In this document: one piece after another, positions 1-12,435 of the stretch
How positions within the stretch are numbered: position 1 is the first letter of the stretch
How the letters are laid out: each line of letters opens with the position of its first letter
Source of the DNA: Trichodelitschia bisporula
Lineage: Eukaryota
Direction: 5' to 3'
Assembly: GCA_010356995.1 (NCBI GenBank)
Contig: ML996698.1
Span: forward strand, 431,923 to 495,922
Length of the DNA stretch: 64,000 nucleotides
Translations under genes and position numbers: made by a program
The notes under the pieces: generated by a model
Told to the model about the DNA's origin: nothing
The model's database searches: none
What the model saw: the letters and a program-made list of their open reading frames with translations, nothing else

Positions 1-3000
1 GGCTGAATAACGTAAAAGAGCTGCCGTGAATTCTTGTATACTGTGGTAAATCTCCGACCCATGTTCTACCGCATGCTCCGATTATCGTATCTGCTACTCT
101 ATTATTCTCCAGTGATAGACAACGAAAGCCCCCCCCGTCCCATCTTCGCGGGACCGGCACACATCCCCGACAACTACCTCAATCCCCCGACACCCCCACT
201 TGCCACCTGTCAACCCTGCTTCTCACCACCCTGGTGCCCCGCTTCTTACCTCGCTGATGCCCCATTTCAACCCTCCGAGGACCCTCTCCCTCCACATACA
301 CCATTGTCGGTAGCTCCAGAACTACCCTCACGTCCTTTGTCCCCTGTCCTGTTGCCGCAAGGTATCTGGGATGCCTGGTCTTCTTCACTACAAGGACGGT
401 AGCTACTGCATAAACTGAACTCTACATACAGTTCTCTCCACTCCCTTGGGTCCTACATGATTTATAGAGTGCTGCGTTTTAACGATCGCACCACTTGATA
501 GACCCTCAGCACCGGAACTGTCCCCCACACCGGCATACATACCCGCCTCACATACTTTGGCGAGTTTGCCGATCGAAAATACGAGGTTAACGTCCACGTC
601 ATGCTAGCAAGTTGCGAGTGCGGAGTACAGCCATCGTTGTGGAGTACGTGCGATGACACCATGACGCAGTGGAGACAGCCGTAAAGGCTTGTTAAACCAG
701 CACATTACGTATATGGAGGCTTGAAAAAGCTTTCCCTGACTTAATAACGCTGCTTGGCTACAATAGTGTCTCCAAAGCTCTTTCGACCGCACAGCAAACA
801 ACTGCCTGTCACTCCCCCGCTGATATTGCTCGCAAAGGCTCGGCAAAAGCCATTGTCGCTCGGCCGTCAGAGAGTCTGGACCTTGATGCCCGCCAGACGA
901 AGACATTAAAGGAATTTGCCGTCACCTTATCATTAAACACAGTGTATCCTGAACCTTGTATCGTCAGTCGCGGAAGTGGCGTTTGGCGCTTTTGGGCAAC
1001 GGTTTCCGACTTGACCAGGGCAAGAAAGGCTGCAGGAGCTGCCGCCGCCAATTGCCGTAACGTGCCGTGAGAAAGCCGGTCGAGCTTCGTAGTAATCTGC
1101 CTAGCATGTGGCAAGCCGTCGGCTCCGGTGCGTTGAAGATGCGGCATGATCAACTGAATCTTTGTCCACCGTGAAAACGCCCTGGGTTTGCATCAGCGCT
1201 GGCCAAGTTGTCAGGCTTGGCTTCTACGGTTATCTGACCTCGAGCTGCATCGGCACACAGTGATACAAACGCAAAATGCAGTCATCATGCCTGCTGAGCC
1301 CGATTTTCTGTTCCATCTTTTTCGGCCAGCAACCGGCTGTCTCCGGCCTTCTGTAGATCATTTTGATGCCGTTGAAAAACGCGATGCTCACGAGAAAAGC
1401 TTGTCGTTCATCGACGGCCCACTACAAACCAGTGTGCTGGGGTTACCGACCACACGTGGGCCTTTTTGCGTCTCTGATTGAAGGAAACAAAGGACCCCTT
1501 GCCAACAGCCGCGCATCAAACGCATGCAGAGTCGACACCAACCCTGTGAAGCATTGCTCGGCTCGGATAGTCTAACACCTTGGCCCCCAGACATCCCGCG
1601 CGATCTCGATTTCGTCTGCCAAGACAACGCCTCGCTGGACAGGCTTGACGGCATCACCATCGATCAAATGGATCAGTAAACTTCTTTCAAATGTTGCGTT
1701 CCCATAAAATGTCAAATGAACATATAACCACCTTGAGGCCTTTGAAACAGTACGCGCGTCCCGCATCATAAAAGGCTGCATTGCAACTGAGTATCTGCGG
1801 GTACCCCAAGACGCGCGCTCGCACGGTCTGAAAACCGGCCGTACCGGGACACGCTTCTCTACATGGGAATCGCTCTATCAGTCCTGTATTCCGCCAATTG
1901 CATACTAGGTAACACGGAGGGCATTAACAATCTGAGGTCCTCATAATCGGTTAGACTTTGATCGTCGGTGAGCCTCAGACCCATAGGGTAGCTTATCCAT
2001 ATCCTACGTGCCTACTCAGTGCTGAACGTAGCCGCAGCCGTAAGCAGTTGGCCGCTTGCCAAAGCTGCTCCACGGCATTTGCGTGAACATTCTGAGCTAC
2101 CTCAACGCATTTGCATGAGCTACAAGGTCAATGGGCGAGACGCCGGCTAATCGGCCGCATGCAGAGCTTGCAGAGCACTAGGGGCGAACCTTGGAGTCTC
2201 CCGTCTTCGAGACCGGATAGCGGCATCAGAATATTCAGCTCGCGCCGTTCGGTGTCGGTCGAAGCCTTTGCAGATTATTACCGACCTTGTCGAGGTAGGG
2301 CGTTCTTGCCCCCCAGGACGGGGAGCCGGGCTGGTCGATTTTGGAAGAACGTCACGCGAGCCGCGACTGCACGATTAAGCAGAGGGGAGTTGGAACCGTC
2401 GCTCGTGCGGAGAGTTTTGGTTGGCCAATATGTTGTAAGAGGAATTCGATGACGGTTGATCGCCTGTACTCCGTATCCACCGGGACTTTCCTCCGGTGGT
2501 TACTTACGAACTATGCCATGGCATGAGGTCTAGCAGAATATCAAAGCGTTTGGCAACACTCCTCGGATCCCAGAATCTTGTAGAGCTCAAGTCTCTTCGG
2601 CATATCGAGACTAAGGCGCCTGGTCTGCGGGTTGAGAGTCAGACGACGGCACGGACGGATTGTCGGCACAGTTTTCCTTCATTCCCGGATCGACCGGGAG
2701 AAAGAAGGCAGTCTGGAGCTGCAAAGTCCCGAGACCTGTAAGGTTAAAAGGCTGCGATATCGGAAGTGAACTTATCAGGACATCTTCTGCTCATTCGAGG
2801 TCCTCAAGTTGAGTCATCAGTCTGTCCACGGAGTAAACTCCCCCCATTGGAAAGAGCATAGGAGCGAAGGCAAGGAGACTGTATCGCGTGTCGTCTGAAT
2901 AAGCTATCTCCGGTGCACAACTAGGCGGGATGATCTCCGAGCCGAACCCTGCCGCCAGTTCCTGTTCCTTCGGGCCGAAAGGGATACGAAATGGTGTGCT

Positions 3001-3237
3001 GGCCACTTCAAGTTCAAACCGGAAGCTTTGGCCGCTGGAGCCAGACGTGCCAGCCAACTCCGAGGGGCTAGAAGGGGGGGGGGCTTGGCACACGCACTCG
3101 CCAAGCTTCGCCTTCCGCCAAGCGCCAGCCCCGCCAAACTAACAAGGGCCAATTGAAAGCTTCGGCCAAAAAAAGTTTCACCTCTTCCCAAACCTCAGTT
3201 ACCAGAATCCGCCGCAAAGCATTCATCACCAAACACC

Positions 3238-5421
3238 ATGGCCGCGCAGGCGAACTCTCCGCCCACTTCCATATCCTCCCATACCCTTTCTTTCTCTTCC
3301 ACCTCCATTATGACTGGCTCTTCCGCTCCGGCAACCCAAAATCCCCTCTTCAATACTCTAACTACCTCAGCGCATGCCTTCCTTCTCCCGACCCAGCCGC
3401 TACACGCCGCGACACTGGCACTGGTCAAAAACTACCTGGACCCGTTAGCAGCAGATGTTAGCACAGTACAGGCGGAAAAACTCCGTGAGATTCGGGGGAA
3501 GCGCAAGCGGACTGACGGCAACGACGAGGGGGCCAAGAAGCAGCGTCTGTTGGTGCAGAAGCTGTATACGGACGGATTTGGCGTGCAGCAGGTCTGGGAG
3601 CAAGCGCGGCGCGTTGTAGAAGCTGCAGCAAATGAGGCCGAAGGGTTGCTGGAGGAGGTTGGTACGGACGAGTTGGTAAAGGATTGCTGTGCGTTTATCG
3701 AGGATGAGGCGTACACAAGCGCATCAGAGCAAGAGGATCCGGAATCCACATCTGGTTCTGAACTAGATGATGGAGACCTCAGCGCTGAGGAGGGCGACTT
3801 TTCGGAAGGTTTCGATGTCGAAGAAGAGATGGATTCGGAACATGACGAGGAACATGATGATGTGGGCTTGATGGACGAGGATGATAAAAATGAAGACGAA
3901 GCTGCGGAAGAGTTTGTGGCCGACCCCCACGGCCTCAACGACGGCTTCTTCTCCATTGACGAATTCAACAAGCAGTCAGAGTTTCTCGAGCACCAAGACC
4001 AGCGCGGAGATCCCAACGATGGCGCCGCAAGTGACGAAGAGGACGTCGACTGGGAAGCAGACCCACTTGCCATGGATAAAAAGACAATCAGCTCCAAGGG
4101 CAATGGAAAGCGCAAGCAGGAGGATGAAGACATGGGGGACGATGAGAGCGAGGACGGTCCTACTTTTGGCGACATGGATCTTCACGCTTCCGAGGGTGCA
4201 AGCGACGAGGAGGATACGGAGGACGACGCAGATGACATGGATGATCTGTCCAACGCCAATAATGTCATGTACACTGACTTCTTTGCTCCTCCTGCCCGCA
4301 AGCGCAAGGGCAAGCGCGGCCGCCCCAACCCCCATAACTTCCCTGCCAAAGACCCCGAAGCAGCCGAGCCTGATATCCTGCAGACCATATCTGGTGTCCA
4401 CCGCGACCTGTTTTCGGAAAGCGAGCCTGAGGACGATTCTGCCGCGGACCTTTCCGACCTGGACCCGTCGGATCCAAAGTCTCGTCGCTCGAACAACGAA
4501 CGTCGTCAGGCTAAGTTGCTAGCCGAGATCCGAGCCCTCGAGGCTGGGAACGTGGCCAAGCGGTCGTGGACGCTTCAGGGCGAGGCACGCGCCGCTGAAC
4601 GTCCGGTCAACTCGCTGCTTGAAGAGGACCTTGAATTTGAGCGTGCTGGCAAGCCAGTACCTGTAATTACGGCAGAGGTCACGGAAGACATTGAGGCTCT
4701 CATTAAGCGCCGCATCCTCGCCCGGGAATTTGACGAGGTCATCCGCCGGAGACCGGACGAACTGCTCAATGGGGCGACCGGACGACGTGGTAGGCTAGAA
4801 GATGTCTCGGACGTCAAGAGCAAGAAGAGCCTTGGGGAGTTGTACGAAGAGGATCATCTGCGCCAAACGGATCCCAACTTTGTCGAGGTGCGGGATGAGA
4901 AGCTCGAGGCCGAGCATCGCGAAATCGAGGGCCTGTGGAGAGACATCAGCGGCAGGCTCGACTCACTCAGCAGCTGGCACTACCGGCCCAAGCCTGTGGA
5001 GATGCATGTACAGGTCCGCACGGATGCGTCGGTGGTGCAGATGGAAGACGCGCGACCCAATGGTGCCGGGGGCGAGGTCGCCGTGGTCAGTCAACTGGCG
5101 CCACAGGAAGTGTATAAGGTCGGGCAGGAGAAGGCGAAGGATGAGATTGTCACGAAGGGGGGTGAGGTGGTCAAGCGGGAGGAGCTGACGAGAGAGCAGA
5201 AGCTGCGGAGGCGCAGGCGGGAGAAGGAGAGGACCAAGAAGGCTAGCAGCGGGGAGAAGGCGAAGGAGAGCGAGAAGAGCAAGGAGAAGAAGGAGGTGGT
5301 GAAAACGCTTAAGAAGGGCGGCGTCACGGTGATTGGGAACAAGGGCGAACTGAAGGATGTTGAAGGCAAGGCTGTCAAGGGTGAGAGCAAGAGGGTAGGC
5401 GGTGGAGCATTCAAGTTGTAA
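3238..5421 (+). CDS. MPP10: U3 snoRNP / SSU processome protein Mpp10
   Basis: Intronless 727-aa ORF with a very acidic middle, motifs LNDGFFSIDEFN, WTLQGEARAAERPVNSLLEEDLEF and LDSLSSWHYRPKP, and a Lys-rich C-terminus, all typical of Mpp10. Confidence 0.95.
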   Translation: MAAQANSPPTSISSHTLSFSSTSIMTGSSAPATQNPLFNTLTTSAHAFLLPTQPLHAATLALVKNYLDPLAADVSTVQAEKLREIRGKRKRTDGNDEGAKKQRLLVQKLYTDGFGVQQVWEQARRVVEAAANEAEGLLEEVGTDELVKDCCAFIEDEAYTSASEQEDPESTSGSELDDGDLSAEEGDFSEGFDVEEEMDSEHDEEHDDVGLMDEDDKNEDEAAEEFVADPHGLNDGFFSIDEFNKQSEFLEHQDQRGDPNDGAASDEEDVDWEADPLAMDKKTISSKGNGKRKQEDEDMGDDESEDGPTFGDMDLHASEGASDEEDTEDDADDMDDLSNANNVMYTDFFAPPARKRKGKRGRPNPHNFPAKDPEAAEPDILQTISGVHRDLFSESEPEDDSAADLSDLDPSDPKSRRSNNERRQAKLLAEIRALEAGNVAKRSWTLQGEARAAERPVNSLLEEDLEFERAGKPVPVITAEVTEDIEALIKRRILAREFDEVIRRRPDELLNGATGRRGRLEDVSDVKSKKSLGELYEEDHLRQTDPNFVEVRDEKLEAEHREIEGLWRDISGRLDSLSSWHYRPKPVEMHVQVRTDASVVQMEDARPNGAGGEVAVVSQLAPQEVYKVGQEKAKDEIVTKGGEVVKREELTREQKLRRRRREKERTKKASSGEKAKESEKSKEKKEVVKTLKKGGVTVIGNKGELKDVEGKAVKGESKRVGGGAFKL

Positions 5422-5853
5422 ATCGGGAGTTGTCCCTGGCGTTGGCTTTGAAGCATTTCTTGAAGGCGTTTTTGGTAGCACTGTATGAACCAGTTACGAT
5501 AATCAGCCCCTTCATAATCGACGGTTATGCATAGTTCTACCTTGGAGGTGCTCTCCCTGTTTCGTCAGTCAAGTTTCAATATCTCCCGAGCTGGGGATAT
5601 GTGATATCAAATCTGAAGCACTTCGTCCCACGTGCAGTGTGGCGAGTGAGTGTCAACCGTCAAGAAGGGTCTGGGCAGGTGGCTGCGATTTGACCAGCGC
5701 GAATGTCGGGAAGATGGAGGAAGAAAAGCGATTGGTGAGCGATGATTGACATGAGTTGATTGATTCGCGCCTATTATTTTTCCATCACCCTATCTACTCG
5801 CAGCTCTCAGCCTATTTTTTTTCTCCTCAACTCAGATTCCTCCGTTTCCTCCT

Positions 5854-5990
5854 CTCACCTCTCACCTCTCACCTCTCACCTCTCACCTCTCACCTCTCAC
5901 CTCTCACCTCTCACTCTCACCTCTCACCTCTCACCCCTCACCTCTCACCTCCCACCTCTCCCTCTCACCCCTCCCTCTCACCTCTTACCA
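5854..5990. repeat. (CTCACCT)n heptamer tandem repeat, about 19 units
   Basis: 8 perfect CTCACCT units at 5854-5909, followed by about 11 perfect or degenerate units to about 5990. Confidence 0.95.
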
Positions 5991-6494
5991 GTACCTCTCC
6001 TCACTTTATAACCAAAGTCAAAGTCAAATTCTAACTCGCTCGCTCCCTTCGTCCATCTGAAGCACAACTCAGCGACTCGTTCTTTCCCATCATCCAACAA
6101 AGAGAAAGGATATCAGCGACTAACCAACTCTCTCCTTCCCCCTCATACAGAGTACGGAACGTAGCTTCCCCGCCACTTCTTCTTGCGGCTTGAGATTATT
6201 GCGGGGATTTGTGGAGCATAAGAAAGAGCGGAGAGTGGTGGAGCGGACAGGCACGAACTCAGGGGGGGGAAGAGACGCGCCTTTCCATTTTGCTGGGAAT
6301 TGAGGCTGCCCTGCAACCTTGTGGCCCTGCATCACCTGGAGAAGACGCTCACCGAAAAGTGCAACGGCCACAATCAACTGGCTGTTCTCCACTTCTTGTC
6401 GCACCCCCTCGTTCTTTCTTTCCCCCACCCACCACCCCCCTCCCCCCCCCCCCCTGGCCTCAGTGCCTGCCCGTTTGCCTGCCCAGCCCTGGTC

Positions 6495-8377
6495 ATGCCA
6501 AACCATTCGCGCCATACCTCAACTCCTGCGTCTGTCTCCACTCCTTCTTCATCCTCTTCGTCCATCTTGACTTCAACTTCAGCTGCCCTTTCCGCCTCTA
6601 CCACATCCACCTCAATCTCGGCATCATATTCAACCTCGCTATCAAGGTCACCGTCAACTTCAACAGCACCACCACCATCGCGGCATGGCCTACACGTTTC
6701 CCGCAAGAGTATCCTAGCCAGCTTCACATCCTCACGCGCTGGTAACTCCTTGCGCTCTCCCTTCTCCAGCTTCGCTTCTGTCACCTCTCATCCCGCTCCA
6801 CATCCCTCACAAATCTCCCCTCCTATCATCTCTCGGCCGTTCTCTGGCGAAGACGAGAGTGAATCGTACTATCCGCTCTCTCCCGTCTTCTCCCCTCGCG
6901 GAGGTACTCCCAGTATCAACCAGAGTAGTCGCGCTTCCTCTCCTCCGCCTGGATCTTCACGCACATACTCAAATTCAATCTCGTCTGTCGACTTGGGAAA
7001 CAGCCTCCGCCGCAGCGCTAGTCTTCGCTCTGTCGGAAGCGGCCCCAGCACCCATACTCGTGCCCCGTCGCTTTCGCGCCCAAGCACCTCACCTAACAAA
7101 CACCGCTCCCACCGCCGTTCGCCCTCCGTCACGCTGGCCGTCTCGCTCTCCTCGCACGATTCCCGCTTGCCGGGCCTGGCTCAAGCGTCGAAGCCAATCC
7201 TCCACATTCCCACATTCACAAAGCGCCAGAAGTCGTCGGATAACTTCAGAGACGTAGCCGGAGAGGGGGGCTTCTCGCCCGTTGAGCCGCCGCCTTCCCG
7301 CTTCGGTCCGTCGCCGGTCCAGCGCGGCAACAATCCACCTGGCCGCCCCCCCGCGACGAGCCATTCGAATCTGAGCAACCTCAGTTACACAACGAGTGGC
7401 AATGGCAGCATTGGCTCGTCGGCACCGGTCGTGCCGGCCACCGTTGGCCCCGGTGGTCTGAACCCGCAAGTAGTTTATCAAAACATATTAGATACCGCGT
7501 CCAAGCGGATATCGACTCTTGACTACCTACGGAAAGCGTAAGTCCATCGCGTAGCATTGAGTGGCTGGAGCTCCAAGGAATTGGTCTTGAGCTAATGCCC
7601 TGTAGGCACGAGGGACGCGTTTACTGGTTCAATACGCTCCTCTTTACCAAGGCCGATCTCCTCAAACTACCCTATTTTGCCGCCCCAAAGCTCGCTCGCA
7701 GGGCGACGAGTTATCTTCTGCTGGGCTTCTCCCTGCCCACAGTTCTGGACTTGAATGCCCATTCAGCTACCGACTACCTCCGCGCCCTCAATGCCCTCCT
7801 CGCCGAGTTTGAAGCATACCAAGCCCTACACCCACCTGACGGCAATGGCAGCTCAAGTAGCAGTCTTTCCCGCGCTCGAATTCCAGCCATGTTCAAGCGT
7901 GCCGCCGGCGGTGGAGGAAAAGCGCGACGTGCTAGCTCCGCGACGGAGAGCTTGGCCGGGGCAACGTTACGCAGTGATGCCGACCATATGCTCTTGGGAC
8001 TTGGCCCATCGATGGCCACAGACACGGCTACATCGCCGTCTGCGGTTGCGCCCACCGCAGCGGATACCCTCCTCCCCACGGAATCTTATACGCACTTGCT
8101 CACCCCCCCCCTCCCGTTCGATCCGGACTTCTTCGAGACATTTGCTACGTTATGCGATGTTTTGATTGACTGCTATACGCGCATCACGCAGCTGGTCGCG
8201 GGACCAGAAGTAGTAGCACAATCTCCAGGCATAGGAGAGCTGTTTGCCAAGGCGGATGCAAGAGTGCGCAAAGTCATATTAGCTAGTGCTGTACGTGAGT
8301 TCGAGGAGCGGTGCCGCGAGGGCGTGCGGAGCGAGTGCAAGGGGGTTGGTCGCGTGGTGCTGGGGGGGTTAATCTAG
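6495..8377 (+). CDS. Conserved fungal hypothetical protein with Ser/Pro-rich N-terminus; 2 exons
   Basis: ATG at 6495. Intron 7538-7605 (GTAAGT..GCTAAT..TAG) joins two ORFs as ISTLDYLRKA-HEGRVYWFNT. Ordered C-terminal segment PFDPDFFETFATLCDVLIDCY. Confidence 0.8.
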
Positions 8378-8721
8378 TGTGTGGGACTTGTACATTCTGG
8401 CCGGCTCAGAAGGGCAGGATGGATGATTAGATGACGGAACATGATGGCGGATGAAATGAGTAATGTTCGGGCATTGTTTGCAAGGGAGGGGGGGTGCAGT
8501 GCATATCAGCCTGCATCGTGTACATTTACTGTGTAACAAACCCCTCGTTAGGGGCTACATTGCGCTGCGAGAAGCATGTGTCGCTTTCCACGAGTCTTGC
8601 GACGTAAGTCTGGAGTACAAGATGTCAATGCGAAGTTGTACGGGAAGCAGCGCCGATACACATTGAACCCAGGTATATCCCGCCCCACAAGGCGCCGTCC
8701 CATGAAAATCAAACCGAGCAC

Positions 8722-10796
8722 CTAGTTAGCCTCCTTCATCTCGACATCCACATCCACACCCCTCCCCTTCCGCTCCAAGCTCTGGACAAGCCGCCTCGCC
8801 TCCCTAACATCCGCCCGGCTCAGCCCTTCAATCGCATCAACATACTTCCCAAACGCAGCGAGAATGGTCTGTAACCCGCCCTTCAACGCCTCAACCACAG
8901 CTCTAACATCCTCCACCCCCTCATCCTCCAGCCGAACCCCCTTCCCGGCAAGAAACCCCTCCACCGCCGCCGCCGCCCCGTTCATCTCGCGAATTATCCG
9001 CCCAAGATCGCGCTGCACGCACCCGACCTCATCTTCCGCCAGACTAGCCATAGCAAGTCCCGTCAGAGCATCGACGGCATCGACCAGCACGCTGGCAGTG
9101 CTGTACGGCGCGCCGCACACGGCCTGCAGGACCTGGGCGGCGGGGCGCGGGCGCACGAACCGCGCAGCAGGTGAGGCGGCGAGTCTGTCGATCAAGCTAT
9201 CGGATTGGGCTTTGAGTGTCGCAGGGTGGATGGCTATGCGCTGCGATTCCGTGAGCAGCTGCGAGCTGGCGTAGTTCAGGAGCTGTGTGGGTGGGCTCGG
9301 GGCGCCGGGGGAGGAGCCATGAGCCCGCGCGACGTTGCTGAGTAGGTGGGCGGCTTTGGCGCCGGGCGTGCTTGGGGCGGCGGATGGGGCGAGGATGGGC
9401 GCGTTAAGGAGCGGGTGCGATGGGGCCTTTGATAAGGCCGCAGGCGCGGGTTGCGTAGGTGTCACGGGAGCGGGTGGGGAAGAGGGGGCCAGGCGCGCGG
9501 TCATGGAGCCGAGTTCACCGAGGCAGAGAGACAGCAGCTGAGACCACGTTGAGCCGCCCGATCGGTCGAGCTCGGTGTACATGGTCTTACGGCGATCGGG
9601 GTATCGGTGGGTGATGAGAACGAGCTCCCAGAAGGCAGTTGCCTGATATGTTAGAGAGACTCTACTGAAGGGAGGATCAGCTTACCTTTTCAAAGGCATT
9701 TTTTGACTTCAGACCCTTGATCAGACTGCCATTGGGATCCTTGGAGTCGTTGGTCAACGGCTGACCTTTTTTTAAAGGCTCCTGGGAAATATATGCCGTG
9801 TACGCTTCATTCGTCGTCTGCCAGAGCAGCACGAGAAGGCCGCTCTCAATAAACAGTCGTCCGAGGATGTCGGCGAGTGGTGCGAGACCAGTCGTCCGAG
9901 TATTCTTGGGCAGAAAGAAGATGAAGCGAGTGAAGCTGAACGTCCATCTTGTCGCAAAGGAGCGGAGGGGAGTCAAGTACCACACCAGAGGCCCAAAGAA
10001 AGCAACTGCGACAGAGTGCTTCAGTGTATCGAGGAGGACAGGTTGGGCAGCCTTTTTGAGCTGAGATTTGGCGGGCTCGATCGGGCTGACGTCCGAGCCT
10101 GGCGTGATCTTACGCAGCGGGTAGCGCACAGCGTCTGCATCGCGGTAAAGATGGATAAAGGAGTGCGCGATCGCAAGGCAGAAGATCATGGTCCGAAAGA
10201 AGACAGATCTCTCGTTGAACCTAGATCTCTCATGCGACCTGGATGGTGTCAGAATCAACCGTCGTGGCCATGATTTCACTTGTCCGTACCTTCCCTGGTC
10301 AACCCATCCCAGTTTGGCTCCAGTAGCTGATGACCAAATATAAACCTCACCAAATAGCCATGCTGACAAGCAATACCACAAGAAGACCTGGATAGTGCCG
10401 AACTTGAGAGCTTCGGTGCGAAATGTCTCGAACGGGCTTGTTGATGTTCTCTTTCCCACTGTGCGCCCATTAGTTTTGCTCTTTCAGATCTCCTGGCGAC
10501 AACGAACCATGGGTTTGCGCAACTCTCAGGATAAAGACAGCCATGCTTGCGATGAACAGCATTGCCGTGCGTACGCCAGTGGGACCTATGGGAAACCAGA
10601 GCCATACGGCTGAAGACATCAGCTTGCTGCTGCTGCCAGTCGAAAGCCAGCACTCACGGTCCCATTTAGCCATCCAACATGCCTCCAGATAACAGAGCAC
10701 AAGCGCAGTGGCGCTTGCTCGAGTGAACTTGCGGTGGAGTGCTGGCGTATAGAAGTCGCGGTAAGGCCGCGCCTTGCCTTGTCGCGGGCTCACCAT
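8722..10796 (-). CDS. NDC1: Transmembrane nucleoporin Ndc1; 5 exons
   Basis: N-terminus RPYRDFYTPALHRKF, several TM helices, EPLKKGQPLTNDSKDPNGSL and SLAEDEVGCVQRD motifs. Introns 10657-10610, 10507-10459, 10289-10239 and 9685-9643 are all GT-AG with branch sites. Confidence 0.88.
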
Positions 10797-11293
10797 GATG
10801 GCGGATGCGGTGGAGGGAGAGAGAACGGAGTTGTGGGAGGCTTTTGAAGGTTTAAGCCCGGGTGGATGGCAACTGAACTGCAGGAAGCATGCCTTTGGTG
10901 AACTGGCGGCAAGGGAGCGTGGAGAGGGCGAAGTTGTGAAGTTGGTGTTTACTGTGATTTTCTGCCTCTGCCCTGGACGACAGCCAAACACGACAAACAG
11001 TTGGAGGCTCAAGCCACGACGGTCGTGCACTGCCAAGGATTGCCAAGCTGCAGGGACGTCCATCATTCCTGCGGCGCCAGGCATTATTCAACATCAGGCA
11101 CCCGTCGCAAGCTCAAGCCCCAGCCCCATGCCGCTCGCCGCAGCTTATCTGACCATGCAGGCGTCATCACCTGTCCTGCGAAACGACCTCTTCATTGCAA
11201 CCTACCGCCTTTCCTCCAGCGCTCCTCTCACTTGTTTGGCAACGTCTCCGATAGTCCTAGAGACTACGAAATCTTCAATCAAACAACCGTACC

Positions 11294-12158
11294 ATGTCCT
11301 TTGACCGCTCCTCCGAGCTCGAGGCCCAACCTACAACATGGCGCCGCTCCGACGACCCTGCCTACGCCGATGATCCAGAGTTCACGACCTTCAGCCAGGA
11401 CCTCTCAGATCGATTGTTCTCGTTGACCTCGGTGGTTTCACGTCTTTCCACCGAAGTCGGCTTGCTGGGGACAAGACGGGAGACGGAACGGGTGCGAGAG
11501 CGTGTGCGCGACTTGATCGATGAGGGGTCAAACTCGTTGAAGGATTGCGGAGAGCGTCTGAAGAAAGTCATCTCCTGGCCGGATGTCGGGGTAAGATGCT
11601 TTTCTAGACCTTTAGTAGTATGCGCTGACCGTTTTGCAGCCGTCGCAACGCTTCACGCAGGGCAAGCTCAACAGGGAGTTCCAGGCAACACTCAAGGAAT
11701 TCCAGGACCTCCAGCGCCTCGCCTTGGACAAAGAGCGGAAGTCCGCTGCCGCCAGTCGTGCCGCCATCGATGAGGCTAGCTCCCCTACACAGGGCAATGC
11801 GGGTTTCGGCCAGCGGCAGCAGCAGGAGCAGGAGCAACTGCGCCTCGCCCCGCAGGACGAAGTCGACTTCCAGGAATCCCTCATCATCGAGCGCGAGTCG
11901 GAGATCCGCAACATCGAGCAGTCTGTGACGGAGCTAAACGACCTGTTCCGCGATGTCGCATACATGGTTCACCAGCAAGGCGAACAGCTTGATATCATCG
12001 CCGAGAACGTCGAGAGCGTGAGGGACGACACAAGAGGCGCCAACACTGAGCTCATATCCGCGCACAGGCATCAAAGGAATGCTCGGAACACAGCCTGCTG
12101 TTTGCTACTGATTTTGGCTGTCGTTCTTACTATCGTCATTCTCGCTATCGTCGCGTGA
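11294..12158 (+). CDS. Endosomal/vacuolar syntaxin (Pep12/Vam3-like Qa-SNARE); 2 exons
   Basis: Habc region, SNARE motif (ERESEIRNIEQSVTELNDLFRDVA..QQGEQLDII) and C-terminal TM anchor. Intron 11591-11639. Confidence 0.92.
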
Positions 12159-12435
12159 TGGGGTGTATACCCGGCGTTTGGGGTCGGATTGGGAATTCTG
12201 TACTACAGCTTAGGGGCGTTGTCTCGTTATGGCGCGTAAGCGTGGTGGACTTTCCTCCAATGCTCGGCTTTCGAGTATTTATGGCTTATGCTCTGCAGCA
12301 TAGGGTCTGGATGAAGTCGTTGTCCGTTATGTTGTACCGATCACCTTGTACATGCTGTTCTATTAATGAAATGGAATGCAATGTCTGAACATTCTTACGG
12401 TGTTGTCGGCTGAGGGAAACTGCGTCTTTATGTAT

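Noticed and set aside
1190..1290. Minus-strand ATGATGA..CTGA C/D-like pattern (similar ones near 2775-2820 and 20405-20510)
   Set aside because: No recognisable rRNA guide, no good terminal stem and no C'/D' pair.
2477..2499. Minus-strand GAGGAAAGTCCC resembling RNase P/MRP CR-I
   Set aside because: It sits inside a local hairpin, and I found no complementary CR-V, CR-IV or P1/P2 helices.
3432..5481. Long antisense or alternative-frame ORFs over MPP10 and other genes
   Set aside because: They are shadows of GC-rich, biased coding sequence and have no motifs.
5756..6034. ORFs with SHLSPLT repeats
   Set aside because: They are translations of the CTCACCT minisatellite, start at non-ATG codons and show no coding signal.
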